DNA of 64,000 nucleotides from Vermamoeba vermiformis (taxonomy: Eukaryota): assembly GCA_045837725.1 (NCBI GenBank), contig JBEWZL010000098.1:62001-126000 (forward strand), written 5' to 3'. This document shows positions 12,088 to 25,701 of this stretch, piece after piece. The translations under genes and the position numbers were made by a program. The notes beneath the pieces were generated by a model, which did not search any database, was not told the origin of the DNA, and saw only the letters and a list, made by a program, of their open reading frames with translations. Position 1 is the stretch's first letter. Each line of letters opens with the position of its first letter.

Positions 12088-15000
12088 ATGACAGACCTCA
12101 GTGCTACTATTGAGGCTCAACTCGCTCAGTTAAATAAGGAGTCGTTAGAAGCAGCGGCAAAGAAGCTTGCCGAGGAGCTTCAGAGACCCGATCAACTAGC
12201 TAAGGTAAATCTCATATTTATACGCGTAATAAATTTTAAATACCAATGAAATTGATAACAAATTTGCATACATTTAGCTTATTAAACCGAAAATGAACAA
12301 TATTATTGCGGTGGATCCATATTTAAACGAAATATCAATTTTTTGATACGCTAAATTAAATTTTAACGTTTTACTTACTTGGAGATTTTTTTAATCTGTT
12401 ATAAATCCATATTGCCATATTTGTTTGTTTCTAATATTTTTTGTTGAATATTTGGCTAGGTTGATCAAATCCGGTTTCGTTACTACAATAAGAAGCTTTC
12501 TCTGGAGGCTCAATTGAAGACCCTAGTCTCCACGCAATTAAAAGACGCAAAGGAAGGCATGACGTCGCTTAGTGATTCCATTAAGCTGCTACAAAAAATG
12601 AAAAAAAAGTACGATCGACTCATTTCTGCGATTAACACTCTCGATTAATTTTATTCGCAATAGTTTTTCGAATATATATGAAATGAGTGCCGAGGTGCAA
12701 GGTCTTATCCCCTATTATCAAGTTATTAAGGAAGTTAACATCGCGCGTAACAACCTCCTCGAAACGCGCCAATATTTTGAAAATATGATGGCTATTCCAT
12801 CAAGGGTACGCATTGACTACAACTTACTATGTCATATACAAGCTATTCACACCCTTGTCGATAGGTCAAACAAATTAGGAAGCTTTTGTCGAATGACATC
12901 AACATATTGCAAGTCCATTCAGAGGTCCGAGAGCTAGAAAAAATGCGCGATAAGGCGTTATATCAAGTAAGTTCCATACAAATGTTGATAACGTGCTGTT
13001 ATCTTGCGGATGGGCTTGGTACATTCACGAGGCCAAGCCAGTACACGATCGGATCTTCGCTGTACAATCATCTTTTGCTCTACTGAATCATATCGCATTG
13101 AATTCGTTTGATGATATCCGATCGCTATAAATTGACGTATTTGAGACCGATGCGTAACGATGCAAGAAATCTCTACAGCGCGACTTGATCCGCGCGGATC
13201 TGTACGCACTACCTACATTATCTAAGCTCTCAATTTCGATAGATATGCTAGCACAACGATCGTACTAGCAGTAATATAGCATATTGAAGTTAGATCTGTA
13301 CTAACCTTCCAATTTTTAGGCCTTGGCGTACCCCAACTTGCAGACTCAATTGAAAGATTTGTTTCATGGTGTCGTGCAGCTCTCACAGGTAAGTCTTATA
13401 ACGTCGTATTACTCATACCGTATCAATTATAAATTGGGGGCCTTTATAAAAGTGTACACCGTCGCTAAATTTACCGCGGAAAATATTGCAACGCGGTTTG
13501 TGTTACGGGATCCGTGATTTTGTTTGCACATTAAGAAAGTAATATATACGATAAGTTACGTAAAGACCTGGTAATTGCAATTGAGCCAGTGCTAAATATA
13601 GGTTAATCTCCGCGGAGATTGTTGCCGTATTAAAGTACAGCAAAGTTATATTTCAGCTCTGCAATCTCCCCGAGAAATCTTTATGATGTTTTTTAATATG
13701 AGCATCGTTATATGAAAGAATTTGTCTGTTTCGGAGCGTTTCGAATCAGATCATGAAAACTCCGACTAACTTTGGTGGTTGCGTAGGATCTGGATGAAAG
13801 ACTTTGGCAACTCTTGGACGACCACCTAGACTTAGCTACTGTAAGTATAATGATCATTTATGGCTAATTCAAGGCATAGACTTGATTCCAGATTCAGACG
13901 CGAGACGACGGCACCCGTTTAACCAATGTTGAATTATAGGAGCGGCCGCAAGTCCTGATTAAAATCTTTCAAGTTATATATCGCGAGAAGAAGCTAATAG
14001 TTCTGCGGAGAGATCAAGCCGGTGCGTCCGATCAGACGGAACAAGATGTCAGACTTTTCGTTGACTAATTCATGCGCTTATAGAGGACCGAGGAGAGATA
14101 TATGAAGGCACGGACTACTTTGCCTTATCGATTGAGAAGCTTACCGCGGGCATAGCCAAGTAGGTTTCGCGCCATCTGCATCCCGATTTTAATATCCTAA
14201 TCTTCGCTATTATAGGCGTTTTGACGAAGCTATGGCCTCAAGGAGGGATTCAGAAGGCAATTATGACGTTCAGAAAGCAATCGATAACTCCAGAACTCTG
14301 ATGGCGGATTTGGCTTCCGTTTACGACACCGTTATTCACTGCTTCCCTGATGAGTAAGTCTATCGACATTGATTATACAATCTATCTTTGATTCTATTAT
14401 TGCCAACTCACGCTTCGTAAATTAAGTAACGTAATCAAATCTTTTTTTCGAAGCGATTGAATCGGATTCTGCGATTCTTTGCCAAAGTAAATCATTTTCT
14501 ATTCCTTTAAAATTGATTTTCTAGCACTATTCTTGACTTGTTTGTCCCATAACCCAAATCGCTCCTCAAACGCATAAATACGGAGGCAGATCGAGCTCGG
14601 TAAATCCATCCTTGCGCTCAGGGCAGTTGGTTCGGAAAATGATGACTCCTTATGGAACAGATTCGAATCTAATTGCTAATTGAGATCTGCATTCCGCTGA
14701 GCAAACCTCGACTGCGGCTTCGCATAGAAGCCTCGGTCAATTTTTGAAGCCTTTTGTAGGCTCCTCCAATTTATTAAAGAAATGAAAGGGTGATATTTGG
14801 GTTATGGGCACATATATATCAGTATAATAGCTATTTTTAATGAAATTTGAGGTCTTCTTGCGAACAGCAGATCCGCTTTTTGCTCGAGCAGTTTTATTTT
14901 TCGTAGTAGCTCTTCTAACGCAGTTCTTTTGGCTTAGGTACAATATATTAAACCTCTATGTAAATACATACCACAACAAATTGAACGATATGATGAAAGA

Positions 15001-17502
15001 ATTTTGCGTTAATGGCGAGAAGATCCCCATGCAAAAAGTTTTGCTTGTCGGTAAGGAGATCTGCATCGATTTGGATCAAGAAAGCAATATAATAGCGTGT
15101 ATATAATAGGAAAATGGATCAAGACGTATTATGAACCTGGTTTGGCTCGTTTAGGAGTTGAGGCAAAGAAGCCAGATCTGCTTCAAACATTAGACCCGTT
15201 GATTATGCTCTACAGGGCTCACATTAGAGTAAGTACCCTTATTTAATGCATATATTTATCCTTTTTTGTGCACTCCTTGTTTTCGAAACGAAATTGCTCG
15301 ATCGCGTACTGGATCCGCATTCTACCTTCTGGTGCGCTTTTAAACGAGAATAAGCGATAAATATCATATTAAAAGATTTATATGGGTGATGAAATGAGTC
15401 TGAGCAGATTACTAACGCTTTGTACCAGAAATTGATGACCGAGTGGACTGCTCGCTTGATCGACTCCGACAAAGAAAGCGAACCCGAAATTGTCGATGGA
15501 ATTTATTATACCTCTACACCTAAGACACTCTTCAGTTTCGTTCATCAGCAGATCTCGATGGTCGAAGGCACCAAAGCTCAAAGAGTAAGATCTCGCTAAA
15601 GCATGCTCCTGCAGCATAAGAAGTATTAGTCATATATTAACGATGGTATTATAGCTTATTTCAGCGACTTTGGCAGAATGTTTGATCATTCTGAGCTTCT
15701 TCCAATCGGATTTGAAAGCCAAGTTCGAAAAAGAAAAGCTGACTTATGAAATCGAATATATCATTGCCACTATCAACAATAGCACAAAGTGCTACGAGTA
15801 AGTACTATGACACTACAGTTAATGATATGGAGGCTAAAGAAGCGAAGTTTGACCCTGGGATCTGGATGTAGTGACTTGATCTAACTTTTTAAATGAACAG
15901 GTACACTCAAGAGCTTTTTGAGAAAGAGAACCCTACACTAGAAGACGACTATAGAGCTGAGAATATATTCGAGCCTGTATTAGTCGGTTTTCAAGAGATG
16001 ACCAAGTTCTTCAGAACAGTCCTGATCGACTTTATTTACGCACCGCTCGAAGAAGATTTTGTCAAGTTTTTCTCCAAAGAATGGTATGTTAGATATATAT
16101 TAACTCGTGGCACGATAATATTTGTGTTTATAACTTGGACAAGTTGAAAATTTTAACTTTTGTGAACTGCCGGATCTTGCACGCTTTTTTGAGACCCGAT
16201 GAAATCTCCATCTATTGCCAATATATACACCTTATTATAGGTGCCTGATATGATTTAAATTATAGGGAGTACGAGGATACTATTACGAGCATTATTGTAA
16301 CCGTCGACGACTACTTGGCAAAGGACATCCAAGGTCACTTGCCTGAAAACTACTTTAAGAAGCTGGTAAGTACTCATCTAATAGATATAAGCATGAACAA
16401 TATTATTTGGTCCTAATAGCTGCTATATTTAATGGCTTAACAATGCCACTCGTAAATTTCTTTAGATCCGCTATTTTTTTGAAATAATTTTTATTTCTTT
16501 CCTTATTGGCGGTTAAATACGTCAAGTATATAAATTGAATTAATAGGCGTAATAATATAAAGTTTAATCTGATTTGTGAAGTGTGTCAAATTAATTTTAG
16601 CGAATCGACGTAAATTTACACTGCGATTGCGTACAAATTCAATAGCGAATCTAAAATCCTATAAATCGGTATTAAATATTAAATATGTTATTTATAGGTG
16701 CTCGAGACCCTTCAACGAACCATAGAATGCTACACCTTAGAGTTGCTTAGTGAAATGAAAAACAAGTTCGCAAATCCGTTCAACAACAAGGTCGCCGAGC
16801 ACATCCGCAAAGATATTGACACTATTAAGGACTTCTACGTTAACAAATGGAATATAAGAGATAAGGTATTCAAGAACTTATCGCAAGTGTTAGAAGATCT
16901 AGCGGATTTGATGGATGTGTAAGTATCTTTTTGATTTTATTGAACGGATATGGCAACAAGAATACCAAATCTTAAATTAATTAATTGAATTCATGCTTAC
17001 TATTACGTACTTCTAAATAAGTACATTGAACAAAATTTAATTGGCAAAATCTTTTTTAAACTGAAATTGTACCGGATGTTAGAAATCAATAGAATAAAAT
17101 TTAATGTAGTCCTATTTATACAGCCCTGCGGATAAAGTCAAAGAAGTATATAGCTCTTTGCGCAGCAAATATACCGATGCCAACGCATCCATCGCCGAGG
17201 GCATTTTGAATCTGCGCCAAGACATTGACAAGAAGAGTTTGAAGCCGTTGATTGAAGAGATCAAAAAGCTCGATGAAGAGATTGGATCGCGCATGTCAAA
17301 AGAAGAAGAGGAAAGTAACCGCATGGAATTAATGATTCCAAAGGAAGGCTATTTCACTCGGGTAGAAAATTTGCGACAAGCGAGATTGGCGCGAAAAGTC
17401 AGCGAGAAAACGAGCTCAAAAGACGAGAAAAAGAAAGAAAAAGAGAGATTGAAGGAAGAAAAACGTAAAGAGGAGACTAAGAAAAAAGTTGTGAATAAAT
17501 AA
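12088..17502 (+). CDS. EXOC3: Exocyst complex component 3 (Sec6), many exons
   Basis: AAAKKLAEELQRPDQLAK|VDQIRFRYYNKKLSLEAQLKTLVSTQL; NILQVHSEVRELEKMRD; VIHCFPDE|YNILNLYVNTYH; LMTEWTARLI...DGIYYTSTPKTLFSFVHQQI; YIIATINN. These match the Sec6 pattern. Confidence 0.9.
14639..14700 (+). ncRNA. Candidate intronic box C/D snoRNA
   Basis: ATGATGA (box C) at 14639 and CTGA (box D) at 14697, with possible internal D' (CAGA) and C' (TTGAGA). It lies on the sense strand of an unusually long Sec6 intron (about 14354-14937). The terminal stem is weak. Confidence 0.3.
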
Positions 17503-18060
17503 CTAGTTACGAGATCTGTCATTCGGATCCTGTTAGTTTCAAGACGTGGTTGTCATGCAAAAACTTTTAAAATGTACAACTTGTATATACATTAAATCAT
17601 CGTAACGTTCAAAGTACCGATCCAGGCTTGCGTTACCAGAAAAATTCGGCCCGAAAATTTCTTCGGAAGGCCTAAGAAACCAAACCTCCAGCTTCATTAT
17701 TAGTTTCAGCTAATTGCAACATCAAAGCAGCACGGAGCAGGTTCCTATTTTGGAATCAAGTTATTGCACCCACAATGGTATGGATTCGCTTTGACACCCA
17801 AAAATTTTTCTTTATTCTATTTTATTGATGCTAAACATATAGCATTATTGTTAAGCGATTCCAATCCTAAGGGAATCCGTTAAAAATAAAATAAGCCAAA
17901 TCAAAAAGCAAATAATCGACGAAAATTAACAAGTTAAAATGGCAAGTAATTTTGCGTTGCGCAGTCTTACTAAATCAAAAAAATAATGCGCAAAAATCAA
18001 ATATTTTCAAAAGTTCATAAACAAAATGGGTGACCACTTCTAATCAAATAGAACATTCTT

Positions 18061-19070
18061 ATGCAACGAAAACGTCATGCAGTAGGCTTACAATGGCCAA
18101 GCGAGGAGCCTTACGATGAAGAAATAGCTACAATTATTCCGTTGGACATAATTTTACATCATATTCTTCCGTTCTATCCAAGAGACTGGCTGTTCGTGTC
18201 ATTCAAGTGTCAATCTGTGGCATTTCCTCAGCTCCTTAATGACCCTAGAGTGGATCCTACAATATCAAATAATGGAGACGATACACCTATAGTAGAAGCT
18301 AGTAAATGTGGATTCCTGCGGGTCGTTAAACAGTTGGCAAGGGATCCACGAATAAATTCTACCGAACATATCGAGCTAGCAATTGAAGCGAGTGTAAAGC
18401 ATGGTCATGTTCATGTATTTGACTTTCTATACGCTCAAATAACCCAAGAAAAGAAAGCTGATAACACTTACTTGCTGGAGTTGATGGAAATGGCTATAAA
18501 AGGTAAAACTTGATTCGTTGACATACGATGTTAAAACAATTCTTATTTTCAGGTGGTCATTACATTATGCTAGAGCACTTGACAACAATACTACTCGCCA
18601 GGCCTTTATTAAAAAATGTTGATTTCGAGATCGGAAGAGTCTTAGACTTGGCAGTTAAAGAAGGTGGATACCACATTACTAAATTGCTACTGCAAAAAAG
18701 CCGATACGTTCCATGGCATGTAGACTGGGACGAAGTTCACATCCTCACGGAGCGTAATGATCATCATATGCTTAAATTATTGGTTGAACATAATCGATTG
18801 TCATACGCAACCAAACGAGACTATTATGATCCGTCGCCTATTCATGTGGCTGCTTCCAAAGGATACTTAGAGTGTATTAAAATACTGCTGGCTGTCGGCT
18901 ACACCCCATTAGAAACATATAATCGCAATGAATTCACGATCTCCACGCCAATTGATGAGGCAATGATTCATTGCCAGTTAGAGGTTCTAAAGTTGTTTAA
19001 GAACCATCCCGCAATTGGTGAAGAAAAACAAAGAATTACGCAATATTTATCAGACTTTTCTTACGAGTAA
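18061..19070 (+). CDS. Ankyrin-repeat protein with F-box-like N-terminus (one intron at about 18503-18552)
   Basis: IPLDIILHHILPF; LLNDPRVDP; TPIVEASKCGFLRVVKQL; SPIHVAASKGYLECIKILL. Confidence 0.75.
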
Positions 19071-19356
19071 TCTGTAGTTTGTATTGTTACGTGAAATAAT
19101 TAAAAGATGCTGCTATGTCGTTAGTAACTTTTTCTAGAAATCATCAAATAGGTTAAAAATGTAATATTACGATACTAATTCGACTATCTGATACAACTTT
19201 TACCTGCGTCTAGAGACCGTGATTAATAATACTATTCTTGAGGACGAGCACAGAGTAATATTTCAAACGACATCAACTTTATACATGTTTTTTGTTATGT
19301 TTTTCGCTAATTACAGTGCACTATAGTATAATCTTAACATGTTTCGCAGCGTACAA

Positions 19357-22300
19357 TTAAATTTTGTCTTTCTTGTGCGATCTCGATGAGCCAAGAGTGA
19401 CAGTCGGTGTTGACGTCTCGGATCCAATCGGCGCTAAGGTGTTATGATGACTACCCATCACACTGATACTTTCACTACGAGCTCGTTTCTTAGGGAACAC
19501 TTCCATAGTAAATTTCTTTAGCCAATGTCCCTTGGCACCACTCGGATTCGTTTTGAAGTCGCGCAATCTCGATAATACTTCCAGCGTGGTCGTGCCATTG
19601 CCAGTCGTATTATTGAAGTTCTGAATATACTGCTCAATGTACTGCGGATGGGCAATGATAAAGCAGCATTGGTCGTCATCTAGCGCCACACAATTGACTT
19701 CTACGGCTTGTAGGGGTCGACTTAACAGCACGCCAAGTGATGAGGCCACGAGACCTGCCGTTGTCGGGCAATGCGGCACTGAACACTCGTGTGTCACGCC
19801 ATCGCCTTCTGCACTATGGCGCAATGCAATGCCCAATGCAAAGAAATCATCGGGAATGCCACTCGAGTTTTGAGCCTCGCTCAAGCCGGTCAAGTCAAAC
19901 TTTTCAGTCTCGTTGATTCGACTGGCAAAGATGTAGCCGTTAGACCAGCCACTCAGCGCCAGAGGAATCAAGAAGGCGTTCTTAATCTTAGTGTGATCGA
20001 TCTCCTCGCCAATCGTGTTGAACACTCCTCGCAAGTAATTGCCTTCACGAATGCCCCACACGCGGCCAAGTTCGTACATAAAATTGAACACAAAGTCGTC
20101 TTGCATTGACACAGGAATCTGTTCGCAGAGTTAGGGTTGACATTAGTTTAATATATATGGTAATAGGACTTACTTGTGCCTCTTCAATGCGCGTCTTCAA
20201 GACCTCGCCAAGTATCGTCAACACATCCGACCGCACCAAAATAAAGTTCTTATTGTTGATTTCTATACATCCCCTATAATAAGATATGATTAATATATCA
20301 ACACTAACACTATTAAGTAGTATATGCATACTTATCCGGTTGAATTCTGAAACTGTTGTACGTAATCATGGCTTCTCGTTCAAGCTGCAAATTTTCGTCA
20401 GCAAACGGTTCAGTGAAAATAATCACGTGGTTATTTTTTGATTTACCTTATCAGGCAAGTGCGGATTAAGCCTTTCAAGCGATGCTTCTTTTCGAACAAT
20501 TTTCATCTTGAACAATTCGCTTGGACTTGCAGCCTGAAAATATTAACATAATTAGCCGTCATTATTATTGTTTTTTTAAATATAAACCTACCCTCTTTAA
20601 CTTGCTAGTATTGATCTTCTTCGGATCTCGTCCCTTCGGGGATAATACATTCGCACCGACTTTGTTCTTGTTAATGAGTTCTGCTGGCAATGAAATTGAT
20701 GGCATGCTGTTCATCGGCTTGACTTCTTTTCTATTGTTATTAGAGCTCTTCCTCTTCGTTTTTTCTGCACAAAAATGTTAGTCAGCACCACATAAAATTT
20801 TGATAATTTTGATAGCGCGAATCTAATATAATAGATACATGTATCTATTAATTGAAACTGGACTTACGTTTGTCCTCGTAGCTTTCAGCTAATTTTTTCA
20901 CACTGCTCTCTTTCTCGCTAATAGTGGGCAGTGTCGATGAAGAATCCGTGTCCATGTGGCTCAATAACTGCACGAGCCAAGTCTTCTCGTAGGACGGATC
21001 AGAAATGCGTTTCTTGATGTAACCAGGCACGCCTAATCGCTTCAACTCGGCCTAAAAATATCTCGTGAGATTTTGCCGCGTGAAAAAATGACTTGAATCA
21101 ACGTACCTCGGGGATTTTTTGCGGGTTCTTCTGCGCATAGGCCTTGAGATAGATCTCCAAGCTACTCGAAGCACTCATAATAAATCGGCACGTCGAGTCA
21201 CCACGAGCACGACAACTGATCTCCGCGGCAACAACAGGCACGCCAAGCACTCGGCCGATCCAGCCCGAGTAATATCCAGAGGTCAAGCAGCATGTGCACG
21301 ACTGCGATGTGTCCTCGTGGTGGTTCAACCACGCTTCAGCCTCGAAGCTATACGACTGTTCCCAGACTAACAAGAAGTCATCGTCATCAGTAAGATACGA
21401 TTGTGGAAGAATCGTCGTTGATGCCCAGCCTTCAAAAGCCAAACGAACTGGCAACAAACTTATCAACTCTAGCGTATTATCAATCTGAAAAATATGAATC
21501 AGTAACGTTAATTTTTTTTAAACAGGCTAACGATTCACGTACTCTGATCTTTTCTTCGAATTGCTTAATGCTCTCCTTTCCCAAGGCATGACCGAGATCG
21601 AAAAGAAGATTGTCTGCGAATTCTTGTTGCTCGTCTGCAGAGAAACCTCCCAAGTTGTTCGCCAGTGCATAAATGTCCGTGGTAAGTGCTTCCGCTTTCA
21701 GCAATAAGTATCTGTTGGCCGTGGTCCTGATCAAGGCTTTGCTCGGGTCATAATTCAGACCTTGGAAGCTCTGATAAATCTCACGCTCGGCCTTGCTGAA
21801 CACGTTGTTGTAAGTGTCAGGGACCTTCACTATAGCCTTGGCAAAGTCCGAGAATTCTATGGCAACTTTCTTCACCGTAGCTGCCTTCAACACAACAGGG
21901 GCTGAAGTAGACGAGTTCGAATCGATCGAGTTAGCCACGGATGAAGACTCGTTGTCGCTTGGCTCATCGTCGGACAAGAGTTCTTCCGAAGGATTGAACG
22001 ACGTCGTCATGTCGCTAGACTCGAGTGACACCGAGATTGTGCTGTTAGTGTTGCGTTTGAACTGTTTCGCGTTTTCTATGAGATCTTCGCCGCTCTGTAA
22101 CTTTGATCGTCGTAACATTTCTTGCATTTCTCGCAGCTTCGCTAAGATCTTTTTGAACGAAGGTCTGCTGGTCGGCTTTTGATTCCAACACGCTTTGATC
22201 AACTTCTTCCAATCAGAAGGACAGTCCTTGGGAACGCTCGGACGTTCTCCGCGAGTTACCATAATAGGAATGGTAAACGATTCGACGTTGCTGAAGGGAA

Positions 22301-24073
22301 TTTTGCGTGACACCAACTCCCATAAGATGATTCCGTAGCTATATACATCGGCCTTCTCAGTGTAAAATTTCTTCTGGAAAAGTTCTGGTGCAATCCAAGC
22401 AATGGTTCCGATATTATTCGTCATTTGCGTTTGTCTGTCTACGAATCGAGATAATCCAAAATCGCATATCTTCACGTCAAAATTTTTGCTGACCAATAAA
22501 TTCAACGACTTCAAATCTCTGTGCATCAAACCACAGCTGTGTAAGAACGCCATGCACTTGGCAGTAGACAGAGCGATCTCCAACCGCAAGGTTTCATCGA
22601 GTTCGAATGAGTCATCATGCAACATGTCGTAGACACTGGCTTCCATAAGCTCAGTGACTATCATGTAGTCTCCTTTCTTTGTTGAGCCACCGTAGCATTT
22701 GAGAACTAAGGGATGCTGGATCAAGCTCAACAAAGCAAGCTCGCGACGGAACTCCGTTTCGTTCAAGGTGTACTGAGCTGAAGAGTTGAACACTTTAATA
22801 GCGACCTCTTTGCCTGACCAAATGCCTTTGAACACGGATCCAGCTGTGCCATCACCAATTTTGGCACCAAATGTCAGTTCACTTCTGTTAATTTCATTGT
22901 GGACCTAAGAAGACAATATTTAACATCTGAAAGATATTATATAATGCAAATATAATTATTCTTACGTCAATTAAGCCCTTCAGACCCATTTCTATCAGCT
23001 TGGTAAGACATCCACTCGTCTTGGAAGTAATTCTCTCGCAAATTTGACGACTTGGGACCGTAAACTCGGTACTAAAGGTAGTGTGAATATATGATATAAT
23101 TTTTACACATTTTTTAAATTTAATAGAGCGGAGATAAACTTACTCGGGACGACGAAGCAATGCGCACATAATCTTCGCGGCTGAAACGCTGTGAGATGAG
23201 TCGTCATTGACCCATTTAATAATAATATCAAGCTCATCTTCTCCGCAAAGTCCTCGACGCTCTGTTAATGTTCGATCAGATCTCGTTTGTTCACAATACT
23301 GAAATTTAATTTGGCTTACCTAGTTCTCGACTCCATAATAAGCCTTCTAATTCCTTTTCTTTTTCTAGGGGCAGAATTGATCTATTTTGCGTCTTGGTGA
23401 TGTCTGCGTTGTATTTGTAGGTAGCATCCAGCTCGGTCAGCATCTCGCTTCCCTCGTTGTACCGAGAATAAGCCAACGCCATTTGTCTACAATTATCTCG
23501 CATGGTATCTGAAGACTCGGAAAAATTTATGCAGGGTACGGCAACGGTTGATATAAGCTGCTTCTTATTTTCTTTAATTCTGCTGTTATGCTGCTGGATC
23601 GTGCAAAGAGCCGACCATAAACCTGCATATGCATAGTCGCGAGATAAATCGTCGGGAGTTCTACCTAAGGCAATCCAACAAATATATTTTGCAGCTTTAG
23701 ATTTGCTCGTGGATGGAACTTTGAAGAGCAAGCACGAGCCTTTTGGTTGCTCTCCGAAGCATTCATCCGCAATTTTCTTTTGAACAAATGATACGAAAGA
23801 TGGGCCGAGCATACTAAATATTAATACGTTAATTACGTGGAATATTATTATAGGCTGGTACACGTACTCGCAAATCTGCTTCGCTGGTCCTTCAGGAATA
23901 CCAAAGGCATTGGAGCACGGGCATATTATACAATCCAATTTTTCTACTTCATTGAAGTCCTTGCTAATAAGAACATTTTGGAAGGTAAAGAAATACTCGT
24001 AAAGTGTTGCTCGTCCGGAGTAATTCGGACTGATAAGAGCTAATTTCTCTATCTTGGAATTATTTGCGTTCAT
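19357..24073 (-). CDS. TKL-type protein kinase with N-terminal macrodomain-like region and two C-terminal XylR_N/V4R-like domains
   Basis: Kinase: GDGTAGSVFKG, VAIK, HRDLKSLN, DFG, GTIAWIAPE. Macro-like: DCIICPCSNAFG...FGEQPKG...YAGLWSAL...HN...TVAVP...RQMALAY. V4R: SFEAEAW...SGYYSGW...EISCRARGDSTCRF and EVNCVALDDDQCCF. Confidence 0.85.
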
Positions 24074-24237
24074 AATACAAGCTTGCTGGCATCCATTACT
24101 GTTTCTATTTGTTTCGATCCGGTACAAATAAATTAAAAACCCAAAACGCTGAATTTCAAGATTTTTATGAATTTTATCTCCACCGACGTTTATCGGTCTA
24201 AAAGTAATGTCCAGTTATACCTTATTATTTATTTACG

Positions 24238-25652
24238 ATGAATGGGACCACGACTCAAGTTGAAGTAGTCGAGGCAAGAAAGCCCAACCGAACGTTGATG
24301 CAGATCTTGTCGATGGAGCCGGAAAAGGTCGAATGGTTTGCTAATAACGTAAAGGTTGCTTTGTTCTTCCTTGCGTGGTATATATTTTCATCTCTTACGA
24401 ACAATACGAACAAAGCCATCTTGGAAGTGCTGGCATTACCGATGACGCTTACTGAAACTCAATTTCTCTTCACGGGTTTATACTGCTTCATATTAATCAA
24501 AGTTGGCACGTACCAGCTCGAGCCTATGACGAAGGACTTGCTCAAGAAGGTGGTTCCCTTGAGTATCGGAAATATTCTGGCCCATGTCTTATCACAGATC
24601 AGCATTGCTTTCGTGCCTGTATCGTTTACTCATACTGTGAAGGTAATAATCAAAATTTCTTTCAAATCATTCAAGCAACTGATGAATTTTAAACCTTTTT
24701 TGTTGTCGACGTTGTCAGATGAAATTCTTTATTCAGCCAAAATTAACGTTTTGCATCGTATAATTTTGACTATTATTTATTCCTCGACTTCCCGTTTTCC
24801 TTTTCTTATTTATTTATGATCTGTTTCAACGGTCACAAACTCATCTGGTCTGCATTTATAGGCCTCATCACCAATCTTCACCATCGGGCTCTCGTGGTAT
24901 TTTTTCCAAGAGTCCTTCTCGGTCAATGTGATAACCTCAGTTATTCCCATAGTTATGGTAAGATCGGTATCCGTGGCAATCTTGATACAGCATTTTTAAA
25001 CTTTACCTTCGTGTAAAAACATCGAAGCTAATATTCTTTAATAGGGCGTATGCTTATCATCCTTCACAGAGCTCAACTATAACTTCATCGGGTTCTCCAC
25101 CGCGATATTATCAACGGCAATTTTCTCGGCTCAGAACATTTACTCGAAGGTGCTATTTAAGAGCAAGCAAATAGATCACATCAACTTGCTATTGTATACC
25201 TCTATAGCCGCCTTTGTGATCCTCCTGCCGCCCTGGCTCTTCACCGAGTTGACCCAACTCATGAATGGCTTGCATAGCAACGGTACCTACGGCTATCTCA
25301 TTCTTGCCAACGGCTTCTGCCACTTCATGTAAGTATCGCCTATTGAAGATAACAAAACGTAACAGCTTTTATATTTATTGGCGGTTGTCTAACGGATCGT
25401 TTTAACTTTAGGCAATCAATGGTAGCATTCAAAGTGCTCTCGATGGTCACGCCTTTGACTTACTCAGTAGCTAATACGTGCAAGAGAATTTTTGTCATTA
25501 TCTCTAGTATTCTTTACTTCGGTAACGTCGTGTCACCGTTGAACGGAATTGGTATTACATTAGCTCTTGGAGGCGTGTTTTGGTACAACAAAGTGCAGTA
25601 TGACGAGTCTAAAAAGGCAAATAAGCTGACAGAGAACGCCGATAAAGTCTAA
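24238..25652 (+). CDS. Triose-phosphate/nucleotide-sugar transporter family (SLC35E1-like)
   Basis: WYIFSSLTNNTNKAIL...VPVSFTHTVK|ASSPIF...AQNIYSKVL...VTPLTYSVANTCKRIFVIISSILYFGN. Confidence 0.9.
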
Positions 25653-25701
25653 TACGATGTAAATCTCAAAAATCTTGTTAAATAAAATGTACAGTACGTG
25701 T

